From an uncultured Alphaproteobacteria bacterium (GTDB lineage Bacteria; Pseudomonadota; Alphaproteobacteria; HIMB59; GCA-002718135): DNA of 64,000 nucleotides. Shown piece after piece: positions 1 to 12,370 of this stretch (positions are counted from its first letter, which is position 1; every line of letters starts with the position of its first letter). The notes beneath the pieces were generated by a model, which was not told where the DNA came from, did no database searches, and saw nothing but the letters and a program-made list of their open reading frames with translations. The translations under genes were made by a program, and so were the position numbers. The stretch spans positions 6,515-70,514 of the forward strand of contig CABXWB010000002.1 in NCBI GenBank assembly GCA_902515745.1. Reading direction: 5' to 3'.

Positions 1-435
1 CTCCCATCTATCTCCATTTTCTAAAAGTTTATCTTTATTATAAATTAATTCTTCTCTCGTTTCAGTGGCAAATTCAAAATTTGGTCCTTCGACTATTGCA
101 TCAACTGGGCAAGATTCTTGACATAAACCACAGTAAATACATTTAGTCATATCTATATCATATCTTGTTGTTCTTCTGCTTCCATCCTCTCTTGGCTCAG
201 CTTCAATTGTAATTGCCTGAGCAGGACATACTGCTTCACAAAGCTTACATGCAATACACCTCTCTTCTCCACTTGGATACCTTCTTAATGCATGCTCACC
301 TCTAAAACGAGGACTTAATGGACCTTTTTCATGAGGATAATTTATTGTAACTTTAGATTTAAATATGTATTTGAAAGTTAAAAATAAACCCTGAATTAAT
401 TCAAATAAAGTAAAAGATTTAATTAATTTATACAT
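1..435 (-). CDS. nuoI: NADH-quinone oxidoreductase subunit I (partial; C-terminus lies beyond position 1)
   Basis: Not in the ORF track because it runs off the window. My minus-strand translation from the ATG at 435-433 reads [145 protein letters not shown]. It has two CxxCxxCxxxCP 4Fe-4S motifs and lies directly downstream of nuoH. Confidence 0.9.
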   Translation of the reverse strand, partial: MYKLIKSFTLFELIQGLFLTFKYIFKSKVTINYPHEKGPLSPRFRGEHALRRYPSGEERCIACKLCEAVCPAQAITIEAEPREDGSRRTTRYDIDMTKCIYCGLCQESCPVDAIVEGPNFEFATETREELIYNKDKLLENGDRWE

Positions 436-436
436 A

Positions 437-1438
437 TTAATTTGGAAGCATATCAAAATATACTAAAAAACCAGAAGTTGCCACAACCCAAAACAACGAA
501 AAAGGTAGAAAAACTTTCCATCCAAGTCTCATTAACTGATCATATCTATATCTTGGGAAAGTTCCTCTAACCCAGATAAATAAAAACAATATAAATATAA
601 CTTTAACAGTAAACCAGATTACTCCAGGAACAACATTTAGTGGATATACATCAAATGGAGGTAGCCATCCGCCTAAAAATAGAATGACAGTCATAGAAGA
701 CATTAAAATCATACTCGCGTATTCACCTAAAAAAAATAATACAAATGATGCAGATGAATATTCAGTAAAAAATCCTGCAACAAGTGTTGATTCATCTTCA
801 GGAAGATCAAAAGGCAATCTATTTGTTTCAGCTAACGCAGAAATAAAAAAAATAATGAACATTGGTAATAATGGGATTGCAAACCATACAGTCTGCTGAG
901 CTAAAACTATCTTTGATAAATTTAAAGAACCTACACATAATAATACTGTAATTATTACAAATCCAATAGATACTTCATATGAAACCATTTGAGCAGCTGA
1001 TCTTAATGCTCCTAGAAAAGGATATTGAGAGTTACTAGCCCAACCAGCCATTATTATTCCATATACTCCGAGAGATGATACTGCAAACAGATACATGATA
1101 CCTACGTTAATATCAGAGACTACCCATCCTGGAGCAAAAGGTATTACTGCCCAACCTGCTAAGCTAAGTACCATTGTTATTATGGGTGCTAAAATAAAAA
1201 CAATTTTATTAGATCCACTAGGTATAATATTTTCTTTAGTAATAAGTTTTAATGCATCAGCAAAGCTTTGTAATATACCAAAAGGTCCTACTATATTTGG
1301 ACCTCTTCTTAATTGAATTAGGGCTAAAACTTTTCTTTCAGCATAAACTAAAAAGGCTACAGATATTAAAACTGGCACAACAACAGCAAGTATTTGAGCA
1401 ACGATTATTAACCCTGTAATTAATATATCATAAGTCAT
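437..1438 (-). CDS. nuoH: NADH-quinone oxidoreductase subunit H
   Basis: 333-aa polytopic membrane protein. [33 protein letters not shown] is the NuoH/ND1 signature. Position in the nuo operon agrees. Confidence 0.95.
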   Translation of the reverse strand: MTYDILITGLIIVAQILAVVVPVLISVAFLVYAERKVLALIQLRRGPNIVGPFGILQSFADALKLITKENIIPSGSNKIVFILAPIITMVLSLAGWAVIPFAPGWVVSDINVGIMYLFAVSSLGVYGIIMAGWASNSQYPFLGALRSAAQMVSYEVSIGFVIITVLLCVGSLNLSKIVLAQQTVWFAIPLLPMFIIFFISALAETNRLPFDLPEDESTLVAGFFTEYSSASFVLFFLGEYASMILMSSMTVILFLGGWLPPFDVYPLNVVPGVIWFTVKVIFILFLFIWVRGTFPRYRYDQLMRLGWKVFLPFSLFWVVATSGFLVYFDMLPN

Positions 1439-1445
1439 GTAATTA

Positions 1446-3485
1446 TTATGCTGCCTTATTTAAAATATCTTTAGTACATTTTGCCATTGTTTCAGAAGAT
1501 CTAGAAATAGAGTCATTCATATAAAAATTTTCAATGTTATATTTAATTTTAGTATTCTCAATTTTATTATTTTTAGCAAAAGTTATTTCTTCATTAGAAT
1601 TAACTTCATTTAAGTGAGCAAATTGACCATAGGTACTTGTAAGTTCATTACGAAGTTCCCCAAGATTATTAAAATTTAAATTTTTTTCAAATAAGTCGCT
1701 TAAAACTCTAAAAATTTTCCACTCCTCTTTTGCTTCACCCATTGGATTATGACACTTAGTTGTTTGAATAACTCTACCTTCTATATTCATATAAGTAGAA
1801 CTTTTCTCAGTATATGCAGGGGTTGGTAAAATTACATCAGCTATAGATGCTGACACATCTCCATGATGACCAAGATAAACAACAAAAGCGTTTTCAAATG
1901 TTGAAAAATTTATCTCATCTAACCCCATTAAGAAAACTACAGGTTTTGTTTTATCGATATGTTTTTTTAATTGTTTATTGTAATCATTATCAAATTTTTT
2001 ATTATAAAATTTCAAATCTAATGCCCCTACTCTAGAAATATCTTGGTTAAGAATATTTAATGGATTTATATTTTTATTTTTTTGAATTTTTTTCGCAATT
2101 AATCCTGCAGTTTCTAATACTTTTTTTCCATGACCATTATTAATTGCTGAAGTACCTAATATTATAAGTGGGTTTTTTGCAGATTTTAAAACTTTATTAA
2201 AATCAGATTTATTATTAGATAATTTGTTAAGGTAATTTAAAGAATCAGATAGATGATGATAATCGTAAGTAAGATCTAATTTAGGGCCTATAAGACCAAT
2301 TTTGCAGTTATTCTCAATATATGCCTTTCTAATTCTAGCGTTTAGTACAGCCGCTTCCCATCTAGGATTGGACCCAATTAAAAGAATAGCATCAGCCTTT
2401 TCAATTTCTTGAATTGTTGAATTAAATTTATAACTTGAAGATGAATTATCGATAATTTGTGTATTATCAAATCTGCAATCATAGTTTTTTGATTTTAGTG
2501 AATTGCTAAATTTTTGTGCAGAATATAAAGTTTCAATATCGGTAAACTTACCCGATAGGAATACAGTATTTTCTTTACCTCTTTTTGTGATTTCTTTTTT
2601 TATTAACTCAAATGCATCATCCCATGAAGATTTTTCGAGTTTTTTATTTGATTTAGAATATGCACTATCCAATCTTTGACTGGAGAGTCCATCAACTGCA
2701 AATCTAGATTTATCACTTATCCATTCTTCATTAGTTTCTTCATTTATTCTAGGAAGAGCTCTTAAAACTTTTTTTCCTCTTGTATCAATTCTTATACTTG
2801 AACCTACACCATCAAACACATCAAATGTTTCTGTCTTAGTTAATTCCCATGGTCTAGATTTAAACGCATATGGTTTACTTGTTAAAGCACCTACAGGACA
2901 TAAATCAATTACATTTCCAGATAATTCTGACTCAATAGTTTTTTCTAAGTACGTCGTAATCTCAGCATTTTCACCTCTGCCAAGCAACCCTATATCATCA
3001 ACTCCCGCGACTTCTGTAGAAAACCTTACGCATCTTGTACAATGTATACATCTTGTCATAATTGTTTTGACAAGTGGTCCCATATTTTTATTTTGAACTG
3101 CTCTTTTATTTTCTTCATATCTAGTTTTATCAAAACCATAATACATCGCTTGATCTTGAAGATCACATTCTCCCCCTTGATCACAAATAGGGCAATCCAA
3201 TGGATGATTAATAAGAAGAAACTCCATTACACCTTTTCGAGCTTTTTTGACTGTAGCTGTATTTGTTTTTATAACCATTCCGTCTGCAGCTGGCATGGCA
3301 CATGATGCAATAGGTTTTGGAGCTTTTTCCATTTCTACTAAACACATTCTACAGTTTCCTGCTATTGAGAGTTTTTCGTGATAACAAAATCTTGGAATTT
3401 CAGTTCCTGCTTGTTCACAAGCTTGCATTACGGTCATGCCGCTTTCAAATTCGTATTCTTTGTTATCAATTGTTATCTTTGGCAC
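1446..3485 (-). CDS. nuoG: NADH-quinone oxidoreductase subunit G (75 kDa)
   Basis: 679 aa. N-terminal Fe-S cysteine clusters ([46 protein letters not shown]). Operon position agrees. Confidence 0.95.
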   Translation of the reverse strand: MPKITIDNKEYEFESGMTVMQACEQAGTEIPRFCYHEKLSIAGNCRMCLVEMEKAPKPIASCAMPAADGMVIKTNTATVKKARKGVMEFLLINHPLDCPICDQGGECDLQDQAMYYGFDKTRYEENKRAVQNKNMGPLVKTIMTRCIHCTRCVRFSTEVAGVDDIGLLGRGENAEITTYLEKTIESELSGNVIDLCPVGALTSKPYAFKSRPWELTKTETFDVFDGVGSSIRIDTRGKKVLRALPRINEETNEEWISDKSRFAVDGLSSQRLDSAYSKSNKKLEKSSWDDAFELIKKEITKRGKENTVFLSGKFTDIETLYSAQKFSNSLKSKNYDCRFDNTQIIDNSSSSYKFNSTIQEIEKADAILLIGSNPRWEAAVLNARIRKAYIENNCKIGLIGPKLDLTYDYHHLSDSLNYLNKLSNNKSDFNKVLKSAKNPLIILGTSAINNGHGKKVLETAGLIAKKIQKNKNINPLNILNQDISRVGALDLKFYNKKFDNDYNKQLKKHIDKTKPVVFLMGLDEINFSTFENAFVVYLGHHGDVSASIADVILPTPAYTEKSSTYMNIEGRVIQTTKCHNPMGEAKEEWKIFRVLSDLFEKNLNFNNLGELRNELTSTYGQFAHLNEVNSNEEITFAKNNKIENTKIKYNIENFYMNDSISRSSETMAKCTKDILNKAA

Positions 3486-4759
3486 TAAGCTACTCGTCTG
3501 TTTCTTTCTTGAATTCTTTTTTCAATTTCAGGTCTAAAGTGTCTAAACAAACCTTGAATAGGCCAAGCGGCAGCATCGCCTAGGGCGCAAATAGTATGAC
3601 CTTCAATTTGCTTAGTCACATCTAAAAGTTTATCAATATCTTGATGTTCAACATTTCCATGAATCATTTTTTCCATCATTCTGTACATCCATCCAGTACC
3701 TTCTCTGCAAGGTGTACATTGACCACAACTTTCATGCTTATAAAAATGTGATAATCTGGCTATTGCCTCAACGATGTCTGTTGATTTATTCATTACAATA
3801 ACAGCCGCAGTTCCTAATCCACTTTGAACTTCTTTTAGACTATCAAAATCCATTTTAACCGTATCACAAATAGACTTAGGTAATAAAGGCACACTTGCGC
3901 CCCCAGGAATTACAGCTAACAAATTTTCCCAACCACCAATTACCCCACCTGCATGTTTTTCAATGAGATCTTTCAGTGGTATACCCATTTCTTCTTCTAC
4001 ATTACATGGGTTATTTACGTGTCCAGAGATACTAAAAATTTTTGTACCTGTATTATTTGTACTACCTAAATTAGCAAACCATTTAGAACCACGTCTTAAA
4101 ATAGTTGGTGAGACAGCAATTGTTTCAACGTTTGTAACAGTTGTAGGACATCCATATAAACCAGCACCAGCTGGAAACGGAGGTTTTAATCGGGGCTGAC
4201 CTTTTTTACCCTCTAAACTTTCAAGTAAAGCAGTTTCTTCACCACAAATATATGCTCCAGCTCCTCTATGAAGATAAATATCAAAATCCCACCCAGTACC
4301 ACAGGCATTTTTACCAATTAAATTATTTGCGTAAGCTTCATCTATTGCTTTTTGTAAATTAGAAGATTCAGAATAATATTCACCCCTTATGTAGATATAG
4401 CAAGTATGTGCATGCATTGCAAAAGCCGCAACTAAACAACCTTCTAAAAGAAGATGTGGGTCGTTTCTCATAATCTCTCGATCCTTGCAAGTGCCTGGTT
4501 CTGACTCATCTGCATTAACAACTAGATAGTGATCTTTTCCAGAGTCTTTAGGCATAAATGACCACTTTAGTCCCGCAGGGAAACCTGCTCCTCCCCTTCC
4601 TCTTAATTGACTATTTTTAATTTCCTCAACAATTTTTTCACTACCCATTGTTATAAGATCTTTAGTATTTGACCAAATACCTCTTTTTTTAGCACCTTCT
4701 AATTTCCAGTCTTGAAAACCGTATAAATTTTTAAAAATTTTATCTTTTTCTTTAAGCAT
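3485..4759 (-). CDS. nuoF: NADH-quinone oxidoreductase subunit F (51 kDa)
   Basis: [22 protein letters not shown] site and [10 protein letters not shown] 4Fe-4S motif. The ORF is open to 4795, but the Met at 4759 ([14 protein letters not shown]) looks like typical NuoF N-termini and reduces the overlap with nuoE to 8 nt. The start is uncertain. Confidence 0.92.
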   Translation of the reverse strand: MLKEKDKIFKNLYGFQDWKLEGAKKRGIWSNTKDLITMGSEKIVEEIKNSQLRGRGGAGFPAGLKWSFMPKDSGKDHYLVVNADESEPGTCKDREIMRNDPHLLLEGCLVAAFAMHAHTCYIYIRGEYYSESSNLQKAIDEAYANNLIGKNACGTGWDFDIYLHRGAGAYICGEETALLESLEGKKGQPRLKPPFPAGAGLYGCPTTVTNVETIAVSPTILRRGSKWFANLGSTNNTGTKIFSISGHVNNPCNVEEEMGIPLKDLIEKHAGGVIGGWENLLAVIPGGASVPLLPKSICDTVKMDFDSLKEVQSGLGTAAVIVMNKSTDIVEAIARLSHFYKHESCGQCTPCREGTGWMYRMMEKMIHGNVEHQDIDKLLDVTKQIEGHTICALGDAAAWPIQGLFRHFRPEIEKRIQERNRRVA

Positions 4760-5351
4760 CAAATTTTCTTTCAGGTTGTGATGATTTTCTACCAATTTGT
4801 GAGCCTACGTTTATTGATTTATTATCTTTTAAATCTTGAAGTATTTTTTTAAAACTCTCTTCATCTAAATCTTCATAATAATCATCATTGATCTGAACCA
4901 TAGGAGCATTGCAACATGCACCTAAGCATTCAACTTCAACAACCGTAAATATTTTATCCTCACTCGTCTCGCCAATATTTGTTTCACAAACTTCTTGTGC
5001 AACTTTAGAAAGTGTATCACTCCCTCTTAACCAGCAAGGTGTTGTTCTACAAATTTGGACAAAATTTTTACCAATAGGTTCTAAATTAAACATCGAATAA
5101 AAAGTGGCAACTTCCAAAACTCTTATATAAGACATACTTAGAGTTTCAGCTACTTTTTCCATTGAGTTTTTACTTAGCCATCCATTATTTTGTCTCTGTG
5201 CTAAATCAAGTAAAGGGATAACCGCGCTTTGGATACGGTTTGATGGATATTTTTTTATTATTTCAGAAATTTTTTTAAAATTTTCTGATGACCATTCAAA
5301 ATTATCATTAATTTTTTTATATACTTTATTATTTGTACCAGGATGATGCAT
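4752..5351 (-). CDS. nuoE: NADH-quinone oxidoreductase subunit E (24 kDa)
   Basis: 199 aa. 2Fe-2S cysteines in [10 protein letters not shown] and [11 protein letters not shown]. Lies between nuoD and nuoF. Confidence 0.93.
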   Translation of the reverse strand: MHHPGTNNKVYKKINDNFEWSSENFKKISEIIKKYPSNRIQSAVIPLLDLAQRQNNGWLSKNSMEKVAETLSMSYIRVLEVATFYSMFNLEPIGKNFVQICRTTPCWLRGSDTLSKVAQEVCETNIGETSEDKIFTVVEVECLGACCNAPMVQINDDYYEDLDEESFKKILQDLKDNKSINVGSQIGRKSSQPERKFDA

Positions 5352-6529
5352 TATCTATCTATCTCTCCAAAAACAATATCTAAGCTACCTAGTATAGCGG
5401 CAATGTCAGCCATTAAGTGGCCTTTAGATAAATGATCCAATGTTTGAAGGTGTGCAAAACCTGGTGCTCTTATTTTACATCTATATGGTTTACTAGATCC
5501 GTCAGAAACCAGGTAAACACCAAATTCACCTTTAGGAGCTTCTACTGCACTATAAACTTGACCAGCTGGAACACGATAACCTTCAGTGAAAAGTTTAAAA
5601 TGATGAATTAAAGCTTCCATTGATTTTTTCATTTGATTTCTTTTAGGAGGCGTAATTTTATTATCCTCAATTGATATTGGACCTGGTTTGATTTTATTTA
5701 AACATTGGTTAATAATACTAATGCTCTGTCTCATTTCCTCAATACGCACCAAATATCGATCAAAACAATCACCTTTTTTTCCAACAGGAACTTCAAAATC
5801 AACTTGATCATAAGCGTCATAAGGTTGAGATCTTCTTAAATCCCATGCTACGCCTGTACTTCTTAGTACAGGACCCGAACACCCCCATTCAATTGCTTCT
5901 GACTTTGAAATTATTCCTATATCAACTGATCTTTGTCTCAATATTCTGTTATTAGTCAGCAAGCTTTCAAGATCATCAATAAATTTTGGGAGAGTTTTAA
6001 AATGTTCAAATAATTTTTCTTCCATTCCTTCTGGCATATCCTGATGAACGCCGCCAGGTCTAAAATAGGCTGCGTGGAATCTTGCTCCAGATACGGCTTC
6101 ATGAAATTCTAAAAGCTTTTCCCTTTCTTCAAAACACCATAAAAATGGTGTCACTGCACCAATGTCAGCAGCATAGGCAGGTATATTTAATAAATGATTA
6201 AGTATTCTAGTAATTTCAGCAAAAATAACACGAATATATTGAGCTCTTTTAGGCACATTAATACCTAGTAGATTTTCAGTTGCTAATGCAAAAGCATGTT
6301 CTTGACACATTGGCGAAACATAATCAAGTCTATCAAAATAAGGAACTGCCTGAAGGTAAGTTTTGTATTCAATTAATTTCTCTGTTCCCCTATGCAACAA
6401 TCCAATATGTGGTTCCGCTCTTTGAACTACTTCACCTTCCAGTTCAACTACTAAACGTAAAACACCATGCGCAGCTGGATGTTGTGGACCAAAGTTAATT
6501 GTAGTTGTATTAAGCTCAACTTCTTTCAT
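5351..6529 (-). CDS. nuoD: NADH-quinone oxidoreductase subunit D (49 kDa)
   Basis: 392 aa. Has [15 protein letters not shown] and the C-terminal [10 protein letters not shown] signature. Confidence 0.95.
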   Translation of the reverse strand: MKEVELNTTTINFGPQHPAAHGVLRLVVELEGEVVQRAEPHIGLLHRGTEKLIEYKTYLQAVPYFDRLDYVSPMCQEHAFALATENLLGINVPKRAQYIRVIFAEITRILNHLLNIPAYAADIGAVTPFLWCFEEREKLLEFHEAVSGARFHAAYFRPGGVHQDMPEGMEEKLFEHFKTLPKFIDDLESLLTNNRILRQRSVDIGIISKSEAIEWGCSGPVLRSTGVAWDLRRSQPYDAYDQVDFEVPVGKKGDCFDRYLVRIEEMRQSISIINQCLNKIKPGPISIEDNKITPPKRNQMKKSMEALIHHFKLFTEGYRVPAGQVYSAVEAPKGEFGVYLVSDGSSKPYRCKIRAPGFAHLQTLDHLSKGHLMADIAAILGSLDIVFGEIDR

Positions 6530-7111
6530 TTAATTTTCACCAGTAGATTTCTCATCACCAAAAAGATTGTTTTCCATTCCTTCCCAAGGAGATTCACTAT
6601 CGAAATTTCTAAATTCTTGAGTTAACTTAACAGGCTCATATATTACTTTTTTTTCAAGGTCATCATAGCGAACTTCTGTGTGTCCTGTTAAAGGAAAATC
6701 TTTGCGCAATGGATAACCTTCAAAATTATAATCGGTCATTATCCTTCTTAAATCAGGATGATTAATGAATTCAATTCCAAATAAATCATAACATTCTCTC
6801 TCATACCAATCCGCAGATTTGTGAATATTTGTTATTGATTGTATGTTTTCATTTTCTTTAATAAAAGTTTTAAGAATAATTTTTTTATTTTTAGTTAAAC
6901 TTTGCAAAATATAAATCATATCAAATCTAAATTCTCTTGAAGGATAGTCAACTGCTGTAATATCTAATAATTGATTAAAATTAAGCTCAGTGTTATCTTT
7001 TAATTCGTCAAAAATTTTAATAATATTATTTTTTTCAAATTCTATTTCTAACAAATTATTATTCTCTAAAAGATTATTTATACCATCTATTTTAGTAAGA
7101 ATTTTAATCAT
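6530..7111 (-). CDS. nuoC: NADH-quinone oxidoreductase subunit C (30 kDa)
   Basis: 193 aa. ERECYDLFGIEFINHPDLRRI motif. Operon position agrees. Confidence 0.93.
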   Translation of the reverse strand: MIKILTKIDGINNLLENNNLLEIEFEKNNIIKIFDELKDNTELNFNQLLDITAVDYPSREFRFDMIYILQSLTKNKKIILKTFIKENENIQSITNIHKSADWYERECYDLFGIEFINHPDLRRIMTDYNFEGYPLRKDFPLTGHTEVRYDDLEKKVIYEPVKLTQEFRNFDSESPWEGMENNLFGDEKSTGEN

Positions 7112-7117
7112 ACAAAA

Positions 7118-7651
7118 TTATCTTTTAAATTTATTTTCTCTTCTAATTTTTTTCTGTAATTGCAATATGCCGTAAACTAATGCTTCTGCTGTTGGGGGAC
7201 ATCCTGGTACGTAAACATCAACGGGAACTATCCTATCACACCCTCTAACTACAGAATATGAATAATGATAATATCCGCCACCATTTGCACATGAGCCCAT
7301 TGATATTACCCACCGAGGTTCTGGCATTTGATCGTAAACTTTTCTTAAAGCTGGTGCCATTTTATTTGTTAGTGTGCCCGCAACAATCATTACATCAGAT
7401 TGTCTAGGACTACCTCTTGGAATGACTCCATAACGGTCTAAATCATATCTTGCCATATAAGAATGTATCATTTCTACTCCACAACATGCCAATCCAAAAG
7501 TCATTGGCCATAAGGAACCAGTTCTAGCCCATGTGAGAATTTTATCGTAGCTAGCAACTAAAAAGCCTTTTGAAGATAATTCTGTATTTAGAGTATCATC
7601 TACAATTTTTTTTGACTCATCTACTCCCATTCTAAAGCTCCTTTTTTCCAT
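7118..7651 (-). CDS. nuoB: NADH-quinone oxidoreductase subunit B (20 kDa)
   Basis: 177 aa. Cluster N2 cysteines in [17 protein letters not shown] and VPGCPP. An alternative Met at 7630 would cut the 31-nt overlap with nuoA to 10 nt. Confidence 0.93.
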   Translation of the reverse strand: MEKRSFRMGVDESKKIVDDTLNTELSSKGFLVASYDKILTWARTGSLWPMTFGLACCGVEMIHSYMARYDLDRYGVIPRGSPRQSDVMIVAGTLTNKMAPALRKVYDQMPEPRWVISMGSCANGGGYYHYSYSVVRGCDRIVPVDVYVPGCPPTAEALVYGILQLQKKIRRENKFKR

Positions 7652-7986
7652 TCATAAATGAACCCAATAGTTAAAACAGTTAGGAATATCATCATTGACC
7701 AAAAACCAAACAACCCAATATTACCTAGTGTTATTGCCCATGGAAACAAGAAAGCTACTTCTAAATCGAAGATAATAAATAAGATTGCTACTAAATAAAA
7801 TCTTACATCAAATCGTCCGCGAGCATCATCAAAAGCTTCAAACCCACATTCATAAGCTGATAATTTTTCTTGATCTGGTTGAGAATCCCCTACTACAAAA
7901 GATAACAATGTCATTCCAACAGCTAATGCCAACGCAATAAATATAAATATTAAAATGGGTAAATATTCAAACAGGAACTCTGACAC
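7621..7986 (-). CDS. nuoA: NADH-quinone oxidoreductase subunit A
   Basis: 121 aa, three TM segments, YECGFE motif. First gene of the nuo operon. Confidence 0.93.
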   Translation of the reverse strand: MSEFLFEYLPILIFIFIALALAVGMTLLSFVVGDSQPDQEKLSAYECGFEAFDDARGRFDVRFYLVAILFIIFDLEVAFLFPWAITLGNIGLFGFWSMMIFLTVLTIGFIYEWKKGALEWE

Positions 7987-8085
7987 TATAATCTCACAAT
8001 TAAATTAGTAATGTATTTAACGATTTATTCAACAATAACAATGTGTCTCGTTGCGACTTTAGTACACAAAAAAACACTGGGAAGG

Positions 8086-8162
8086 TGGCGCGAGAGACGG
8101 GATTCGAACCCGCGGCCTCTGCCGTGACAGGGCAGCGTTCTAACCAGCTGAACTACTCCCGC
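8086..8162 (-). tRNA. tRNA-Asp (anticodon GUC)
   Basis: The reverse complement GCGGGAGTAGTTCAGCTGGTTAGAACGCTGCCCTGTCACGGCAGAGGCCGCGGGTTCGAATCCCGTCTCTCGCGCCA folds as a cloverleaf. Acceptor is GCGGGAG/CTCTCGC, the anticodon loop CTGTCAC gives GTC, the T-loop is TTCGAAT, and CCA is encoded. Confidence 0.9.
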
Positions 8163-8165
8163 GCA

Positions 8166-8241
8166 TGGTGGGTGTTGAGAGACTTGAACTCCCGACCCTC
8201 TCGGTGTAAACGAGATGCTCTACCAACTGAGCTAAACACCC
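8166..8241 (-). tRNA. tRNA-Val (anticodon UAC)
   Basis: Reverse complement GGGTGTTTAGCTCAGTTGGTAGAGCATCTCGTTTACACCGAGAGGGTCGGGAGTTCAAGTCTCTCAACACCCACCA. Anticodon stem is TCTCG/CGAGA, the loop TTTACAC gives TAC, and CCA is encoded. Confidence 0.9.
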
Positions 8242-8242
8242 A

Positions 8243-8276
8243 AATAAAAACGGCTGTTAAATTTATTTAACAGCCG
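8243..8276 (-). terminator. Intrinsic terminator downstream of hupB
   Basis: Near-perfect palindrome CGGCTGTTAAAT-TT-ATTTAACAGCCG at 8251-8276. On the minus strand it is followed by TTTTTATTT. It sits 20 nt after the hupB stop. Confidence 0.6.
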
Positions 8277-8295
8277 GTGCAAGAAAAAAAGATAA

Positions 8296-8571
8296 TTAAT
8301 TGTTTACTGAATCTTTTAGAGCTTTTCCTACAGTAAACTTTGGTCTTTTAGATGCTGGTATTTGAATAGATTCACCTGTTCTTGGGTTTCTACCAGTAGT
8401 TGCTTTTCTATGGCTTACACTAAAGTTACCAAATCCTACTATACTAACCTTTTCATCTCTTTTTAAAGCATTAGTTATTGCATCTAGAAAGCTTTCAATT
8501 GCTCTAGTTGCGTCAGATTTAGATAATCCTGCGGAAGATGCTACAGATGCGATAAGATCATTTTTGTTCAC
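8296..8571 (-). CDS. hupB: DNA-binding protein HU
   Basis: 91 aa. HU/IHF fold signature GFGNFSVSHRKATTGRNPRTGESIQIPASKRPKF. GTG start preceded by GGAG. Confidence 0.9.
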   Translation of the reverse strand: MNKNDLIASVASSAGLSKSDATRAIESFLDAITNALKRDEKVSIVGFGNFSVSHRKATTGRNPRTGESIQIPASKRPKFTVGKALKDSVNN

Positions 8572-8707
8572 TTTAAATCTCCTTTATTAAATTTTAACAA
8601 TAATTGTCTGTTTTCCAAACAAGTCAATATTATTATTAAAATTTTCCCAGAAATAAGGGAATTTATCTTTAAAATGGCTTAATAACTACATTATTTATTA
8701 TAAAATA

Positions 8708-11074
8708 TTAGTGGGTACTAGTGGTATTTTGGTTATTTTTTAATTGAGATTCGGTTAAATTTAATGGAATTACTGATTTTGTTAAAGTATGTTCAAGAAT
8801 TGAGAATGCATCAGATACTGGAATTATCTTAATACCCTTAATAACTTCTTTATCAAATTCAGATACTTCTCTAAAATTATCCTGAGGTATAAGTACTTTT
8901 TTAATACCAGCCCTACTTGCGGCATATATTTTTTCTTTTAAACCTCCAATTGGAAGAACTCGGCCCCTAAGGGTTATTTCACCAGTCATCGCAACATCTC
9001 TTCTTATTTTATTGTTTGTTAATGATGATACTAATGAGTTAAAAATAGCGATACCAGCGCTTGGACCATCTTTTGGTGTAGCTCCTTCAGGAACATGAAT
9101 ATGAATATCATAATTTTCAAAATCTTTAGGATTTATCCCAAGACTTAAAGATTTTGATTTTACATAAGAAGTAGCTGCTTGAATTGACTCTCTCATAACT
9201 TCACCTAATTTACCCGTAATTGTAAGTTTTCCTTTGCCTATAGATAAAATAACTTCAACTGATAAAATTTCTCCACCTACTTCTGTCCAAGCCAAGCCGT
9301 TAGTAACACCTACCAAATTCTTTTTTTCAATTTCACTTGATCTGAATTTTGGAATACCGAGAAGATTTTGTAAAGATTTATCATCTAATTTAATTTTTTT
9401 GATCTTAGTAGTTTCTAATTTTTTTACAGTCTTTCTACAAACTTTAGAAATTTCTTTTTCAAGGTTTCTTACTCCAGCCTCTCTAGTATAATTTCTAATA
9501 ATAGAATTTAAAACTTTAGAATTGAATGAGATTTCAGTTCTTTTTATTCCATGATTTTTGATTTGTTTTGGAACTAAATATCTTTTTGCAATTTGGTTTT
9601 TTTCTTTTTCAGTATATCCAGGTATTCTTATAATTTCCATTCTATCGAGAAGAGCTGGAGGTATATTAAGAGTATTGGCAGTGCATACGAACATAACGTC
9701 AGAAAGATCATAATCTAGTTCAAGATAATGATCATTGAACTTACTATTTTGCTCAGGGTCAAGAACTTCTAAAAGTGCGGAAGATGGATCACCCCTCCAA
9801 TCAGAGCCAAGCTTGTCAATTTCATCAAGCAGTATGAGTGGGTTAGAAGACCTAGATTTTTTCATTGCTTGAATAAATCTACCTGGCATTGAACCAATAT
9901 ATGTTTTCCTATGACCCCTTATTTCAGCTTCATCCCTTACACCTCCAAGTGACATTCTAACAAAACTTCTTCCTGTTGAATTTGCTATGGATTTACCAAG
10001 TGAGGTCTTTCCAACACCAGGTGGTCCAACCAAACACAATATGGGACCTTTAAGTTTATTAGTTCTTTTTTGAACTGCTAAATATTCAAGAATTCTATCT
10101 TTAACTTTTTCTAATCCATAGTGATCGCTCTCTAATATTGATGATGCTTTATTGATATCTTGTGAAATTTGATCAGGATTATTCCAAGGTATTGACATTA
10201 CCCAATCTAGATAATTTCTTATTACAGTAGCTTCAGCTGACATCGGGCTCATATTTTTTAATTTTTTAATTTCAGCTGAGCATTTATCCTTAGCTTCTTT
10301 TGATAAGTTGTATTGGTTTAATTTTTTTTCTAGCTCAGCAATTTCATCTAAATCATCATTTTCACCTAATTCCTTTTGGATAGCTTTCATTTGTTCATTT
10401 AAATAATATTCTTTCTGAGTTTTCTCCATTTGTCTTTTTACTCGACCTTTTATTTTTTTCTCAACTTGAAAAGAGTCGATTTCAGATACTAAATAACCAT
10501 AAACTTTATTAAGCCTATCTTCTGTATTTATGATTTCTAAAATCTCTTGTTTTTGAGATAAAGAAATTGAAATATTAGATACTATTATATCAACAATTTT
10601 ATCTGGATCATTAAATGTTTTAACATTATTAATTACATCAAGAGAAACTTTTTTATTAATTTTTTGAAACTCTACAAACTGCTCAATGATAAGTTTTTGT
10701 AAAGCTCTTATATTAGAATTTTTTTTAATTTTTGGATTAATTTCACTAATGGACGCAGTAATAAATTCTTTATTGAAATTTATTTTATTTACTTTTGCTC
10801 TTTGGATCCCTTCAACTAATACCTTAAGAGTTCCATCTGGAAGTTTTAATAACTGGATAATTTTTGCAATAGTTCCGAAAGAGTAAAGGTTTTCTTTGTT
10901 AGGATTATCAATTTTAGAATTTTTTTGAGAAAGTAAAAAAATTTTCTTATCACCTGTCATTACATGGTTAAGAGCATTTACTGATTGCTCTCTTCCGACG
11001 AATAATGGAGCAACCATATTTGGAAATACTACTATATCTCTAAGTGGAAGAACAGGGATTTGATTTTTTAGCAT
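8708..11074 (-). CDS. lon: ATP-dependent Lon protease
   Basis: 788 aa. Walker A GPPGVGKTS and catalytic Ser motif PKDGPSAG. Conserved clpX-lon-hupB synteny. Confidence 0.97.
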   Translation of the reverse strand: MLKNQIPVLPLRDIVVFPNMVAPLFVGREQSVNALNHVMTGDKKIFLLSQKNSKIDNPNKENLYSFGTIAKIIQLLKLPDGTLKVLVEGIQRAKVNKINFNKEFITASISEINPKIKKNSNIRALQKLIIEQFVEFQKINKKVSLDVINNVKTFNDPDKIVDIIVSNISISLSQKQEILEIINTEDRLNKVYGYLVSEIDSFQVEKKIKGRVKRQMEKTQKEYYLNEQMKAIQKELGENDDLDEIAELEKKLNQYNLSKEAKDKCSAEIKKLKNMSPMSAEATVIRNYLDWVMSIPWNNPDQISQDINKASSILESDHYGLEKVKDRILEYLAVQKRTNKLKGPILCLVGPPGVGKTSLGKSIANSTGRSFVRMSLGGVRDEAEIRGHRKTYIGSMPGRFIQAMKKSRSSNPLILLDEIDKLGSDWRGDPSSALLEVLDPEQNSKFNDHYLELDYDLSDVMFVCTANTLNIPPALLDRMEIIRIPGYTEKEKNQIAKRYLVPKQIKNHGIKRTEISFNSKVLNSIIRNYTREAGVRNLEKEISKVCRKTVKKLETTKIKKIKLDDKSLQNLLGIPKFRSSEIEKKNLVGVTNGLAWTEVGGEILSVEVILSIGKGKLTITGKLGEVMRESIQAATSYVKSKSLSLGINPKDFENYDIHIHVPEGATPKDGPSAGIAIFNSLVSSLTNNKIRRDVAMTGEITLRGRVLPIGGLKEKIYAASRAGIKKVLIPQDNFREVSEFDKEVIKGIKIIPVSDAFSILEHTLTKSVIPLNLTESQLKNNQNTTSTH

Positions 11075-11104
11075 AATATATAGATGTCTATATATTGGTT
11101 AAAT

Positions 11105-12370
11105 TCAAGAGTTATTAGTCATTAATTTTTGACTATTTTCTTTATTAGAATAAATTAATATAGGATCAGTTTTTTTTGCAATAACATCTTTATTTATTAC
11201 TACTTTATATAAATCTTTTTGATCTGGAACTTTATACATAAGATCTATTAGTGAGTCTTCAATTATAGATCTTAATCCTCTAGCTCCAGTATTTTGAGAT
11301 ACTGCTAACTTTGCAATTTCATTCAAAGCATCTTCTTTAATTTCTAATTTAACTCCATCCATTTTCATAAGAGATTCGAATTGTTTTACAATAGCGTTTT
11401 TTGGCTGAGTCATTATTCTAATAAGCATATCTTCGTCTAACTCAGTCAAAGTTGTAATTACTGGAAGTCTTCCAATAAATTCAGGAATCATTCCAAATTT
11501 CAATAAATCTTGGTTCTCTAATTTTTTAAGTGATGCGCCAATAGTTTTTTTAGGTTCTAAATCTAATTTAGAATTAAAACCGATAGCAGTTCCTTTTAAG
11601 CGATAATTTATAATTTCTTCTAAACCTGAAAATGCTCCTCCGCATATGAACAGAATATTTGAAGTATCTACTTGTAGGAATTCTTGCTGAGGATGTTTTC
11701 TTCCTCCCTGTGGAGGTACACTAGCGATAGTTCCTTCCATAATTTTAAGTAAGGCTTGTTGTACACCTTCTCCAGAAACATCTCTTGTTATAGAAGGATT
11801 GTCAGTTTTTCTGCCAATTTTGTCAATTTCATCAATATAAACTATCCCTTTTTGAGCTCTTTCAACATTGTAATCTGAGGCCTGCAATAATTTAAGAATT
11901 ATATTCTCAACATCTTCTCCAACGTATCCTGCTTCTGTTAAACTTGTAGCATCAGCTACTGTAAATGGGACATCTAGTATTTTTGCTAAAGTTTGAGCTA
12001 ACAATGTTTTACCCGTACCAGTAGGACCAACTAAAAGTATATTTGATTTTGAGATTTCAATATTATCATTTTCTAAATTAGAAGATAATCTCTTGTAGTG
12101 GTTATAAACTGCTACTGAAAGTATTTTTTTTGAATCTTTCTGACCTATTACGTAATCATTTAAAAATTTATTTATCTCTGAAGGCTTTGGGATATCTTTT
12201 TTAATTTTAAATTTATTATTTTTATTATCTTCTTTGATAATATCCATACATAGTTCTACACATTCATCACAAACAAAAACAGTTGGGCCTGCAATTAATT
12301 TTTTAACTTCTTTTTGATTTTTGCCACAAAAAGAGCAAAATAATGAATCTTTGTCATTTTTTTTATTCAT
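11105..12370 (-). CDS. clpX: ATP-dependent Clp protease ATP-binding subunit ClpX
   Basis: 421 aa. N-terminal zinc module CSFCGK...CDEC and Walker A GPTGTGKT. Confidence 0.97.
   Translation of the reverse strand: MNKKNDKDSLFCSFCGKNQKEVKKLIAGPTVFVCDECVELCMDIIKEDNKNNKFKIKKDIPKPSEINKFLNDYVIGQKDSKKILSVAVYNHYKRLSSNLENDNIEISKSNILLVGPTGTGKTLLAQTLAKILDVPFTVADATSLTEAGYVGEDVENIILKLLQASDYNVERAQKGIVYIDEIDKIGRKTDNPSITRDVSGEGVQQALLKIMEGTIASVPPQGGRKHPQQEFLQVDTSNILFICGGAFSGLEEIINYRLKGTAIGFNSKLDLEPKKTIGASLKKLENQDLLKFGMIPEFIGRLPVITTLTELDEDMLIRIMTQPKNAIVKQFESLMKMDGVKLEIKEDALNEIAKLAVSQNTGARGLRSIIEDSLIDLMYKVPDQKDLYKVVINKDVIAKKTDPILIYSNKENSQKLMTNNS

Noticed and set aside
684-7175. Plus-strand ORFs of 61-88 aa inside the nuo operon (684-899, 1095-1316, 1847-2035, 3042-3305, 3317-3583, 3963-4199, 4909-5100, 6280-6498, 6990-7175).
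   Set aside because: All lie antisense within well-supported nuo genes. Their translations are low-complexity with no motifs. They are best explained as chance ORFs opposite coding sequence.
8043-8270. 75-aa plus-strand ORF.
   Set aside because: It is the antisense of tRNA-Asp and tRNA-Val. The GC-rich tRNA sequence removes stop codons, so it is not a gene.
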